From NCBI GenBank assembly GCA_013239625.1, contig MU057354.1, positions 10,410,999 through 10,474,998 on the forward strand: a stretch of DNA of 64,000 nt, read 5' to 3'. Below, piece by piece: positions 11,641 through 24,204 of the stretch. The first letter of the stretch is position 1, and each line of letters opens with the position of its first letter. Position numbers and translations under genes: made by a program. Under the pieces are notes generated by a model. It ran no database searches and had not been told where the DNA came from. It saw only the letters and a list, made by a program, of their open reading frames with translations. Source of the DNA: Lama guanicoe. Lineage: Eukaryota.

Positions 11641-13369
11641 AGTTAAAGGTCTTTTAAATGGCACAGAGATTCCATTCCATGAACTACACTGAAATGGGAA
11701 AAGTCTGACTGTTACCTCAGGTTTTACAAACTACAGTGACCAAAATCAAATGTGAAAATGTACCACTCTACTCACAGTCTGTACTTAACGGATGAAAAAA
11801 TAAAATAAATTATTGGTAGATACTAAAGAAGTTATCACATACCTCACAGAGACAATCTGATTGCCTAGGAGAAATGCCAGTTTCACCTCTACGTCACATG
11901 TGGCCATGTCAAGAACTGCTCTAAAGAAGGAAATGCCAGAGCTCAGGGATTACGTAGGTGGGGTTAGAAATCAGAATGCCTGGTTTAGAATCCTGGCTTT
12001 GAAAATCACTGGCTATGTCACTATAAGCAGATTATTTATATACTCATGCCTCATATATCTTAATTAAAAAATGTGAGTAAAAATAATTTATGTCTCACAA
12101 TGTTAGCAAAGTAACAATAAGTCTTTTCAGCATTTTTTAAACACTTGAATAATCCTTTTCATTTGCAGAACTATCATAGAGACAGTGATAGGTGAAGAAC
12201 AATGCAAACCAGAAAGTTTTCTTTCCACTTATGATGATATGGTAAACGTGTTCTAATTAATAGGAATTAAATAATCAAGAAACATTAAAATAATTATCAG
12301 ATACTATCATTAAAATGGCCATTGGAATAGGACAAAACCCCGGAGTTTAAGAAGGCAAAATTCTAGATGAGCAACATTAATTCAGTCCCATAACTATGAT
12401 AAACAACTTTTAGGACATTAGTAACAGTTGGGATTTCTTTCCTCTCCATTTAAACTAGTCAGTTGTTCTGCTGTAACAATAGTGTAAAGTAATTAAAGAG
12501 CATTAAACTCAATCTTTTTATCTGGCAGTCTATCCAATTAAGAGGTAATGCCATTTATCAGGATACCCATTAAATAGAATACCCTGAATTATTCAAATGA
12601 ATAGAGTCTAGTTAAGGAAAGATGAGAAACTCAGAAAAAAAAATTGTTCCCAAATAGTAAACTCTGATTTATTAAACTATAAAAAAATTATTTTCTTACA
12701 AATTCTTCTTTTTGTAAATTATCTCACTGAATCCATGAGCAGAAGGAGTAGCATGCAAAACAAGGAGGTAGAGATGCGAAGCACAATTTGAAACAGCTGT
12801 GGACACTTTAAAGCTGGGGTCTGCCAAGTTTTTTTTTTTAATGTGTGCTTTCTCACCTGCAGCTGCATCTCTCTCATTTGCAAACCAAGGATGGATCTAT
12901 AAAGAATAAAATTGATGACTGCATCAATTCCTCTGAGAGTTAATCTTTTTCCTATGGCACTATCTTCCCCAAAGTGAGAATCTCTACAATCATCACAAGC
13001 AACATCGGGTTACAATCCATTTTAAAATGAAGTAAAACAGACTGCACTCTGAATTGAATATATATTCAAATTTCCCTATCATTTTTTTTTTCAGACAAAA
13101 GCCCAGGGGAAACCAAGGGGAAGCAATTGGCAAGCCAAGTGATGGGTTCTTGCAAATTTGGTGAGTAGCAATGAAGAGGATGGAAGGTCAACCAGGATTT
13201 GCTTGGGCAAGACCCAGTTCCTGCTCTCTCTTCCTAAAGCACAGACGGCAGGAACCTGATTTCCCAGTTGTTTTCTGTTAGTCTATAGATTCCCTTTGGG
13301 CCATTTATCTTTGATCCGTCAGCACCAAGGAACAGCCATCTGAAAGCAGTCAGGAGCAGGAACTTGGAG

Positions 13370-13555
13370 CTCAGTCACTTAATAGCTTAGGTAGGTGACT
13401 TCATAGCTTCACCTTAGCTTTAGTTTCCTCATCTTTAAAATAGAGTAATAACAGAACCTATATCATAGGATTGTTATGAAGATTAAATAAGTTAATATTC
13501 GTAAAGCACCCAGAACAATACTTGGCACACGAGTTTTCTAAGCATACAGCAAATA
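13370..13555 (+). mobile_element. MIR SINE
   Basis: AGTTTCCTCATCTTTAAAATAGAGTAATAACAGAACCTATATCATAGGATTGTTATGAAGATTAAATAAG...GTAAAGCAC. Confidence 0.85.
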
Positions 13556-13787
13556 TCAGAACGTTGATGGATTTATTAAGACAAGGCAAAGCCTTGAAGT
13601 CATTGATTTTGGTATTGGGACCACAGCTTACCTCTTGAGTGTTTCTCTCCCTGCTCTGGTCTTCTGGAATCTCCCCCACATGCGCTGCTCACTCACAGGT
13701 CAACTAATTTTTCTTAAGTACAAGTTATTATTTACTTACTATGAATTCCTGAATCCTAAATGTGTTGGCTTTCTAACGGGAGTTAAC

Positions 13788-13955
13788 ACTGGTTCCCTAA
13801 CCTGGCTGCATAACACACACACCCAGGAAACCTTTTAAAAACATAGATTCCAAATGCCCAATTTAAGAAACTCTTGAAAATAAGGCCCAGGCATCAGTTG
13901 GAAACAAGATTTCCACAGGATTCTGACATAGGTGGTTTCACCAACTGGTATTGAA
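13788..13955. mobile_element. MER5-type DNA transposon relic
   Basis: GGTTCCCTAACCTGGCTGCA...AGGCCCAGGCATCAG...CCACAGGATTCTGA. Confidence 0.6.
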
Positions 13956-14639
13956 CCTCACCTGAACTCAAAAGATTTCACAAAGCAAAGTATTGCATTT
14001 GTAGCGAAGAAATTTTGGGTGCTGTGGTTAATCTATCAGTAGTGGAGCTGTTTTTTGCAGTATGGGACCTTCTCTTGTTCTTCAGTTTGCTCCATACCAT
14101 CATCAGAGTTGCCTGGCGTTCAGTGGCTCTTCAGAAGTCCTCTGTAAATCTCCTAATACAAGAGTGTTGTTGCCAGTCCCTCTTTTACTGGTATCATTTT
14201 CAAGGGCGATGGAAAATAATCATCCTTACATTCTTCCTCTTTGACTTTTTTTTTCCGCAAGACACTTCTCTTCATGGGAATCAGATTTTGTAAATGTGTA
14301 AGTTTCTGTAGCTTTCCTTTCCATGTGCTTCATTACTCTCGTGGGTCATGGTTCATGCCTCATCAATTATTTAAATTTAAAAAAGTGTATATAACATTAT
14401 TAACCATAACCTCTTCTACTGCATCTTTTCTAGTTATCTCAAGTGACTAGCATATGTAATACAAGGTCCCTGAGCAAAAAGAGATTGTTTCTTTGATATT
14501 TTAGTTCATTAATCATCACAAAAATAGAGACTATGCTGGGGCCTGAGGAGGCTGGGATTGTGACTGGTGGGAATAGTATGGTGATGATGACAATGACTAC
14601 TATCTCTGTTATCCTTATTATGACCTCCTGCCTATAGTT

Positions 14640-15227
14640 GATAGTGAATACAGGTCCCTGTGCTATACAGTATGATCTTCTTTATCTATTTTATATATAG
14701 TAGTTAGTATCTTCAAGTCTTGAACTCCCAATTTATCCCTTCACACTCCCATTCCCCACTGGTAACCATTAAGTTTGTTTTCTATGTCTGTGAATCTGTT
14801 TCTGTTTTGTTCATTTGTGTCATTTTTTTTGATTCCACATATAAGTGATATCATACAGTATTTCTCTTTCTGGATTACTTCACTCAGTATGACAATCTGC
14901 AGGGCCACCCGTGTTGCTGCAAATGGCATCATTCCGTTTTTTATGGCTGAGTAGTATTCCACTGTAATAAATATACCATGACTTCTTCATCCAGTCATCT
15001 GTAGATGGACATTTAGGTTATTTTCATGTCTTGGCTATTGTAAATAGTGCTGCTGTGAACACTGGGGTGCATGTATCTTTTTGAATTAGAGTTCCCTGTG
15101 GATATATGCTCAGGAATGGGATTGGTGGATCATATGGTACATCTATTTTTAATTTTTTAAAGAATCTTCATACTGTTTTCCATAGTGGCTACACCAAACT
15201 ACATTCCCACCCACAGTGTAGGAGGGT
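14640..15227 (-). mobile_element. 5'-truncated lineage-specific L1 (ORF2 C-terminus plus 3' UTR), cetartiodactyl/camelid type
   Basis: The - strand reads MEYYSAIKN...MPFAAT...IVILSEVIQKEK (L1 ORF2 end). 3' UTR motifs TCCCTGTGCTATACAGTA and TTTATATATAGTAGTT are present. Relatively well preserved. Confidence 0.95.
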
Positions 15228-16599
15228 GAAGGTTACTTCTGAGTTAGAAAATACATATTTTAATATTATGTCTAGTAAGTTAAAAACTCAAATAATATTC
15301 TTAGAAATCAAAGATTAGTGAAAACATGACTTTGTAAATATCCTGATTCTGCATCTGTTTTAATTGCTTGTCCCCAACAATGTTTTATTTATTTTACAAA
15401 AATGACAAATTTTAGACAGTAAATTGGCAACTGTGTGTCCTTAAATTAGTATCTTGCTTGAAAGGATTGTATTCACTTTATTTGCACTGTATGTGGATTA
15501 ACATCCCTAGACAAGTAATATTGGTGAATAATACTTTGCACAGCTGAAGTGTTAGGAGAAAAAGTTCCTTAAAAGTTGTGTTTTTCTTTTATCTTGGGAT
15601 TTGACTTTTTATGAAACCACCATGACTCATCATCCATTCTGGCTAGAAAAGTCCTATCTCTGTTCTTAGGGTAGAATATCAATTGTCCTATTTATAGTAT
15701 AAATAGATAATCTCAGAATCAGCAATTCTTTGCCATGAAAAGGAGCTGTTGAGAAATATACTTTTATTTTACATATTAACAGAGATATCTGGCAGCATCC
15801 AGTGTTATATTTATTGAGCAGTTTTTTTATAGGATCAGATTTTTACAAGGGCACATGAGTCTTTAGGTTACCATGAAACATTACTCTAAATTTCATAAAT
15901 TGTGTAATTAATAATTGACAGATGTTGTTTTAGTAGATTTACTTTTTGGTTGAAGAAAAACTAAAACAAAAATTTACTGAAGTTTTCTCGATTTCTCATT
16001 TCCAGAATTCACTTTCCATCTCAGTTCCTAGAGTTAAAGAAAATGATTAATCAAAGTTATAAATAAAGTATTAGCATAATTTATAGAAAAAATATAATAC
16101 TCTGCACTAAACAATGCCATAGAAAATAATCTAAAATTATATTTAAATGAATCTAATTTAAACGTATTTAAATGAATATATATGTTTAAATCTTAACATT
16201 TAATCTTTAATCTGAGGCAGACAAAATCATTTTTGTGGTATATTTGTCTGATTTAATTAGAAGCCCCCCTCTTTGAAGAGTAGCTACCGTCATTGCCTTT
16301 GAAGAGCTTTTCTTTTTTAAAGAGTGGGTCTTGACCTATAAAGGATTCGTATTACAGTTCTTAAGTTAGTATTTGAAAATGGAGATTGAAGTAAATGAAA
16401 TGCAGTGGTTTCTAAAACTTTATTGAATCCCAGACCCTCTTTGAGTTTAAATTTAAAAGAAAACCAATCTTATTTCGTGGATGGGTGGAGAAATTTCCAA
16501 CCATATCGCATCAAACATTTTGACAAACATGGAAATGCAAAGAAGGTACAGTTGTTAGTGGAAAACTATTATTTGCTACTGTGCAAACCAATGGTAACT

Positions 16600-18290
16600 T
16601 TCTCATTCATACAAGAAATATTTTTAACTGCCTACAACCCCAAACAAGGCAAGCTCTCTACTTTCACGCACTCTAGTAGGGTGAGACAGACAATAAACAC
16701 ATAAATATAAATATATTAAGAGCTATCATGGAGATAAAGCAAGGTAATATAAGACGGTGTTTCTGGGAGACTAAAATTGAGTTGTCAGAAAATGCTCTTC
16801 AGAGGGGCTGCTATTTAAGGTAAGACATAAATGATCTATAGGAGACGGTCCTGGAAAGACTGAAGGGAAGGGCGCCCCAGCTGAGGACCTAATATGGGAA
16901 CGATGTATTCCAGGAACAAACTAGAGACTGAGCAGAAGAGGATGAGCAGGGAAGAGGAAGTGGCCAGTGAGGAAGGAGGAAAATCTAGACAGGAACATGA
17001 CTCTGTAAAGAGGAGCCAAATGTTTATGAGAAGTCTAGTAAGATAAGGACAATTAAGTGACCATTAATTTGATAGAATGTGGGTCTATGCTGACCTAACA
17101 TAGCACAGTTTCAAAGGAATGGGATAAAAGCTCATTGCAATGGGCTGAGGAAAGAAACAAATGAATAAATGGAGATAAGTACAGTCAACACTTTTGCAAA
17201 GTTTTTCTCCAAAACAGAGATGAGAAATATGGCAGGAGCTGGAGGAAGAAATCAAGAGAACGTGTTTGCACTAGTGGGAATAATTAAGTTCACAGGGATA
17301 AACTGATGAAAAGAAGGAGTACCCCAGGAGGGGATTCCCGGAGCAGCAAAGGCACGGGCTGGAGAGCCTGCGCCCGTCCTGGCTCCGGTGGAAGCCAGCG
17401 TGCTCATCTCTTACAATGAGAGGTGTGAGAAAGTGGGGGCACCGAACGCGTACTGCCTCTTGGAATGGAGACTGGCGATTTGGGGATACATGAAAAGGGT
17501 GACAATTTCATTTTGGAGAGTGGGAAATGGACATTTATTAAAGTATAAAGATAACCAACCAGTACTGAATACCCAGTCAGGATACAGGATCATGAGTTTA
17601 AACTGGAATCAGTCAGCAAAAAGTACATGCTTTTCTCCAGACTTGTTCAGCTGCCAATGCAGAATAAGACAGTGGGATAACCAGAGGGAGAGTTCTTTTG
17701 GGGAAAGTGAAATGGAAGAAACTCTTAAGAGAGTTAACTTTTTGAAAGTACATAGATATGATAGAGCTGAGTATGGAATAAAGAAAAACGTGAGAGAGAT
17801 CATGAAGAATGAACAAGAGTAAAGACTGCTGATTTAGAGAACTTGGTATGATCAAAGCACAGAGGCGGAGGAGAATGAGAGAGAATGCAGGGAAGTGAGG
17901 TTAAAAAAACTGGATACAGAAGATGGGGGACAGTACAGCTGTCAGTGATAACAAGGTCCAGGGCAGACCCGCAGGTGCGGTAGCTGTTGTTAAGATGGGG
18001 AAGGATACAGAAGGTGAGGCAGGTCAAGGAACAGTGCAGCCACATGAGGGATGAAGTTTTCAAAAGGACATTGAAGACACCAATAAAAATGATAAGGGAG
18101 CAGAGGAGATGACAGAACTCTTCCATGAGTGAAGGGAAGAGACCAGGAGATTAGTATGTCACCAAAAGGAAAGGTAGGCCAGTCTGATGTGAATGGCAAA
18201 GATGACTGAGTTTCAAGGACAGAGCAGTTATACAGAAGCACAAAGAGAACAGAGACACCAGCCTCACTCTCAAACCCCAAGGGTTATCTG
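16600..18290 (-). mobile_element. Degraded L2 LINE fragments
   Basis: CATTCATACAAGAAATATTT tail, GAGACAGACAATAAACAC and a long purine-rich body typical of antisense L2. Confidence 0.65.
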
Positions 18291-19597
18291 TATGAATGGC
18301 CAATTATTTTCTTTAATCTAAATAACTGGTATCGTGTAGACAACATGATGTCTGTTCCATCAACGGTCAGAGCTAGAAAGGGATAGGATTCATTAGGTTT
18401 AACCCTCATGTTTCATTTTTATTCTATTACATAAAGATATTTAACCTCACCCACTTACAGAGGTACTCTAGAGAATAAGGAGCTAGTATACATAAAGTAT
18501 TTGAAATTATAATACATTCACCTCCATTATTCATTTTCAGATTTGCCTTGTATGAAATAAACCTTGACATTGTAGGATGTTTCACTGGAGGGGATGGAGA
18601 ATTGCGATATAATGACTAGGAAATACAAGACTAGGAAGACGCTATATTCTCACAGGTGATAAGACTGCATATTTACAATTTCCCTTTCCCTCTCAAACTG
18701 TGAACATAACAATTTAACACTAAAGGCTGAACCTTCCCTTTGGCTGCATGAAGCTAATAAAGCAAAACAATCAGCACATCTGGGGTACAATTTACAGGAA
18801 GGACTTACTACACACTTCTTCCAGTTCTTTTGACAAATGTTACTGGCTCTGTTGATGCCCTATGATAGATCCATTTCTCTCTGTCCTTTTTTTATAATGT
18901 ATCTCACAAGGAGAATAAGCAGAAAACATATTATACAACACAACTGTTTGTTTTTTCATTTCGCGTTCATGATTACTTGAGTCACAGATGACATATGATC
19001 GAAACTGGTAACGTATGTCTGTGTCTGACAGAGGACATTTTTCATCCTTCGAGTCTGGGTTACATCTTCAGCAGCAGGTGTTGTGAATCTAAGTGAAGTG
19101 AAACAGGCTTCTAAATTCACTTCTGAATACTTCAGCATACTTCAGAGTGCTACATGGGACCAGAAATAAAAGGAACAGTTCTGTCTTTCTATTCTAAGCC
19201 ATGGAAGTCTAGCTTACTTCCAGACTCTACAAGCTTCAATAACTCATTTCATTTTAATGTGGTATTTGTCCTTTTGATCAGAGGCTGGCTACCTGGCCCA
19301 CCTTTTCCTGTCCTCTGCTCCACCCCTTTCCTCTGCACATCTTTGACCCTATTGGATCACAGAGGTGTGAGAGCAATTCCTGTACCCCAAATGATTGTTC
19401 ATCCCTCCTTGCCTTTCCTGGTGCTTGGAATGCTCTTAGCATTGTTCACCTCTGGAACATTTTGACACATCCTTCGATGTTCAGGTAAAGCATCACTTAC
19501 CTTATGAGGTCTTTCCAGTCTACTGCATCCATCTCTCACAGCTAGTCATTCTCTTTCCTTTCTTTCCAGGTGCATCTGAACACACATCAGGTACTGT

Positions 19598-19714
19598 TAG
19601 GGTGGCCAGACCAGGGCAACTTTGAGAGGAAAGGGGCCCATTGTTAATAATTACCCTGGGACAGCGGTTGTAAATGCTGACTTCCCTGGCTAACCAGGAT
19701 GTGTGGTCACCCTA
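19598..19714. mobile_element. MER94-like hAT-Blackjack MITE
   Basis: Terminal inverted repeats TAGGGTGGCCA...TGGTCACCCTA around TTTGAGAGGAAAGGGG...TTAATAATTAC. Confidence 0.85.
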
Positions 19715-19889
19715 ATTATAGCCTTTAAGGTGTCGCGTTGTGGAACCAACCTCCTCCTACAATCAGACTGTGAGGGCAAGGCTGTTCTGCACTTCATGCA
19801 ATGGCCAGTGGAATTTAAATACTTAGTGGATATCTACTGCCTTACTCTCACCTTTCTTGTAATAAAGATGTCTTTAGGAAATCACCCTG

Positions 19890-20400
19890 CCACACTCTGT
19901 ATTCTTCTAATCCCCAGCCCATGTCGTGTGAATGGAGCCGAACCTACCCTCCTTTGCCCCATGTGGGTAGGGACAGGGTTCAGGGTCCACAGGTCAAAGT
20001 GATACAGGTCACTGGCCAGCCCTCCTCAGTCAGATTGGTTCAGATGTGCACGTGGTGGTCTAATTAGAGCCAATCTTATGGTTTTTTTTTTTTTTCAAAC
20101 TGTGGAGAAAAGAAAACTCACTTGCCACTTTGGCTTTTATTCTGTGAGGCTGGAACTGCCAGGGAAGCCCTGGCCTCCCCTCCAAGGAGAGGTACTAGTG
20201 AGAATGCAGCAAACACTGAAGAAAACAAGAGCCAAGAACGGATCCTCCAAGAAACCACTGGAGCTTCTGTCTCCTTTGTTGCCTGCAGTTGGATTTTTTA
20301 ACTCTGTACTTTTGAGTCATATGAACCCATAAATTCCCTTTTCACTGAAGTCAGTTTGAGTTGTGTTCGCAGAAAAAAATTTGTTTTCCTGACTGATGAA
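19890..20400 (+). mobile_element. Old MaLR LTR (MLT1-type)
   Basis: GATTGGTTCAGATGTGCACGTG...GAGCCAATC...ATAAATTCCCTTTT...AAGTCAGTTTGAGTTG 3' end. Confidence 0.6.
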
Positions 20401-21579
20401 GCCTGGGCCATTGGAGGCGCTCGGTAAGTACTGGTTGAATGAGATGACTGAATGGAGCAGGGGCTACTTGGGGGCGGTCTCGGGACTGTGAGTGACAGTC
20501 AGTAACTCTCCCACCTGCGGCTCCCAAGAGCCTACTGCTGAGTTACCTGTCCCTTAGGAGTGCCCTGTGCTGGTAGTGCCTCCTTCAGGGACAGCTCCTG
20601 AGGCATCAACACAGGCTGTCATTTTTGTTTGTTTCTTTGTTTCTGTACTTTATAGGCACTTTTTTTTTTTTGGTCCTAGGTGACTTGATAATAATTTGGG
20701 GACAGCTATTGAAATAAAAGGCAGTGTTACCTCCAGTTGTTGTTTATAAAGGTCACTAACTGGAGATCTGAAATACGCCATCAAGATAAACACCATCTCC
20801 TCCCTAACCGTTCTCCCTCCCCTTCTTTAACCAGGACGCAGGGGCTTCGTCCAAGCACACACACTTTAGACCACCAGTCTGGTCCTGCTGGCCCCATCAG
20901 CACTGCTCTCATGTTTCCTCTCATCTAAAAGGCCTATATAATGATACATATTAAGAAGATGTTTAGAGATCCCAGACACCAAGGCCTATGAAACAGTTTA
21001 TGGTGGGGAGGGCACGGATGGTGTCACAGTCCTTGTGTAAACAGCCGCTGCCCAGGGTGTCAGCTCACCACGGGGAGCCCGCTGCGCTCAGCTCCACAGT
21101 GAGCGCAGATTAGTTCACTTACCAGTTGGCCAGTTCCTTCTGGGTTCAAGCTGGAGAGGAGCTGACTGACAAGATTTGACTTGAAAATCCATATTTCAAA
21201 CGGATTTTTCTGAAGGCTGGAAATGGGTGGAGCATAAAGAATATCATTTTGATGAAACAACTAGAAACATCTATTTGGAATAAACTGTATTTGGGAGAAT
21301 CTTTGGATAAAAATTCACCTCTCTTCCTTTGAATTGAACACGAAATAGTGTTAAGATTAATACATAAAATGATAGGTTAATGTCATCTCACCAACCATGA
21401 GTTGTCAACCAACTTGAGTTTAATGACCCATTTTGACATCAAGCGCTCTCACCAATAACGACTGTGACACAGGAGCTCTGGGCTGCATTCCAGAGGCCCA
21501 AAGGACACCCTTGCCCTTTCCTCTGTGGTTTTGCCCACACGGCTTACATTACTTCATGGGGGTATTGATCATCCATGCC

Positions 21580-22120
21580 CCCAGATCTGTTCTCCACACA
21601 GCTAAGTAATTCTTTTAGCATCATAAATTAGAGCATATCTTTCTCTAGCTTAAATCCTTTCACTGGATTTTCATTCTCTCAGAATGAAATCCAAGCTCCT
21701 TGGCATATTCTATAATGTCTTGCCTGGTCTGTCTATATTCAACTCAGATTACTTATGCTCTTACTCACTAAACGCCAGCCAGTGTCATCTTTTAAGGTCT
21801 CATGTGCTGTGTTCATTTCAGCACCAGGGACTTTGCACATGCTATTCCCGCTGTCTGGAAGGTTGTTCTCCCCACCCTCTACAATTACCGCTCTCTACTT
21901 TTCCTTGCTTTATTTTTTTTTTATTTTTTATTTTTTTACTTTTTCTTGCTTTAAAGCTCTTATTGCATTTGGTAACTGCACATTCATGTGCTTGTTGATT
22001 TAATATCTGTCTTCACTAGAGTGTAAGCTTAAGGAAGGCAGGAAGGGACCTAATCTGTTTTGTTTATCATTCTGTTCACTGGCACATAGAAGGTAGGTAC
22101 TCAATAAATATTTGTTGAAA
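21580..22120 (+). mobile_element. L2 LINE 3' end
   Basis: GGGACTTTGCACATGCTATTCCC...CACTAGAGTGTAAGCTT...GGCAGG...TAGGTACTCAATAAATATTTGTTGAA. Confidence 0.85.
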
Positions 22121-24204
22121 TATGATAAAATAAAATCAAGTCATGGGATGGAGTTCATACAACACTTAGCTTAGGAGCACCGGCCTCATTCTAAGTCACC
22201 TGCAAGGATGCTGTCCTCTCTTCTTCAGTCCTGGGAACAGATCTGCCCCCAAAAGGCTTTTTAAAACTATAAATGTTAGGGTTAAAAGGTACCCTGGAGA
22301 TACTGGTTTACAGATGGGGAATGCTGAGGCTTATAAAACTGGGTGACTTACCTGGGAAGGGGTCACTTCTTTGCTCCTCTGGGTTCTTCAATGAGGGAAT
22401 TTTTCCTAAGTGCTCCTGGCTTTTTACATCCCCCTTGGAGGCAAAGCGAGTTGATTATGAGTTTGGAGAGGAACTAGGAGTGTGGGTTCAGCCCTCAGCC
22501 CCTCTTTCCCGTGGGGATCTGTCACAGGACATGCACGTTCTGCCCTGCTCCTCCTCACCCCAAGTTTTCAGGGTTAGGCTCTGCCGTGGGGGTGGCCTGC
22601 AGCTGGCTAGTTGTGCTTCTGACTGGGGATGGTGAGGGATGTTTGTCTAATTCTGGGTTCCGTTTATGCAGGGCCATGGTGCCTGCACACTTGAGCTCTG
22701 TTCTCACGTCTAGCTCCTAATTCGTTTAAAAGGAAGTAATTTTCTGATTCCTCTGCCTGTTTTACTTGGTCTAGAACTGGCTGAGCTTAGGCCCCTTATA
22801 TCTCAACACCAAAGCCCCACAGTCGTGGGGACTAGAATTCAAATTTTTCCGAGCTCTGGCTCTGACTTCCAGGGTGTCAAGTGCATACATCAGCCAGTTC
22901 CACCACAACTCCCTCCTTCCCAGCCACCTGTGAACTGTCTCTCCGACCGTCAGCACCTCCGACCCGGCGCTGCAGGGGCAAGTCTGTCCTCCGCTCCGTG
23001 CTTTCCTCAAGCTGATTCCGGTTAGAGACATACTTATAATGATGTCACCATGAACATGTTTTGAGGCTAATGAGATAAATGTTTATAGAGCCAACTTAAT
23101 AGAAAAATTGGGTAGTAATCAGATTAAAAAATAAGTTAAATACCTCATTATGAGTTACTCAGGTTATAAATACATTTTTAATCATCAACATATTCATTTT
23201 TACTTTTCCTCAAATTGTATTGTAAAGTCTCTAATTTTGTGTTTTATTTTAAATTGTTTCATGTAGCTTCTTGAAAGCTCTCCTTTCACTCCAACATTTA
23301 TCTGGATAGGAGATCGGGATATTAGTCCTCTGGTGGTTGACGCATATTTCAGTTCATTATGACGAAGAGGAGAACTGTATTCTGCTTTATCATTGCTCTA
23401 ACGTTAACACTTTCAGTATAATATTTCTAATGGACTAATAGGTGGACCCTTCCCACATACAAATGGAGTATAAAAAATTGTTTGGTATAATTATGATCTT
23501 ACTTGTGGAAACAAGTATCTTCCCTAGTCATCCTGGGAATAGTGGAGAAGAGAAAATTGCTTACAAGGAAAAAGCAAAAGAAATACATATCTTTACTGAG
23601 AGTCCTTAACCACTCTCCATTGTTCCACCTGAAGCAAAAAGTAAAAGAAATGGTAACAATAATGTGAATAAAATAAAACTTAAAGAGCAAACAAACACTA
23701 GTGGTTCAAAAGATTAAGGCCACTGCACACTGTGCATCTGGAGGAGCAGTGGGGCAATGGATGTTTTCCCCTGAGCATCACCTCCTTTTCCATTAGGAGA
23801 CTGACCTTCTCAACTCTTTTCTGCATCAAGATGGCATATGTCCTTCTCAGTTTGGAGGCTGTGTGCTCTATTTCATAGATTCTGCTGTCTTTGGCATAGC
23901 TAGATACAGAGTTTTGATTTCTCATATTTTTATTTCTTCTTATCAAGCACTCAACAACTACCTACAAAAGAATACCCTCTGAGTATAGAAATACCTTAGA
24001 ACTTGAAGAGACCAAGCGAACATTGTTTCCATAGGAACGTTTTTGTGCTTTTAGTTCCTATGAGATCAAAGCTTATGACCAGGTTGGAAAGAAACAGATG
24101 TATCTATCTTGCTATTCCTCTTGTCTATTTTAATGCCACAATGCTACTCCCTGACACAAGCCCGAACTCCAGTCAAGGCTATTATCTCTGTCGATTCTTG
24201 TCAC

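Noticed and set aside
17388-17822. 144-aa ORF, and similar ORFs at 33194-33652, 36967-37200 and 61344-61799
   Set aside because: They lie within degraded L2 or L1 sequence and are chance or transposon-derived frames.
22273-22360. Donor CAG|GTAAGT at 22351 as independent proof of an exon
   Set aside because: It overlaps a MIR-like motif (ACAGATGGGG...CTGAGGC...GTGACTT), so it may be repeat-derived. Kept only as weak support.
18809-23628. IL-7/TSLP-like cytokine pseudogene made by joining 23628-23503 (MYFFCFFLVSNFLFSTIP...TCFH frame) directly to 19149-18809
   Set aside because: The resemblance is superficial (signal-like stretch and Cys spacing). The upstream exon 23961-23806 forces a different frame, an intervening exon at 21216-21123 fits better, and a phase-2 intron does not match short-chain cytokine gene structure. 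An HHpred run would settle it.
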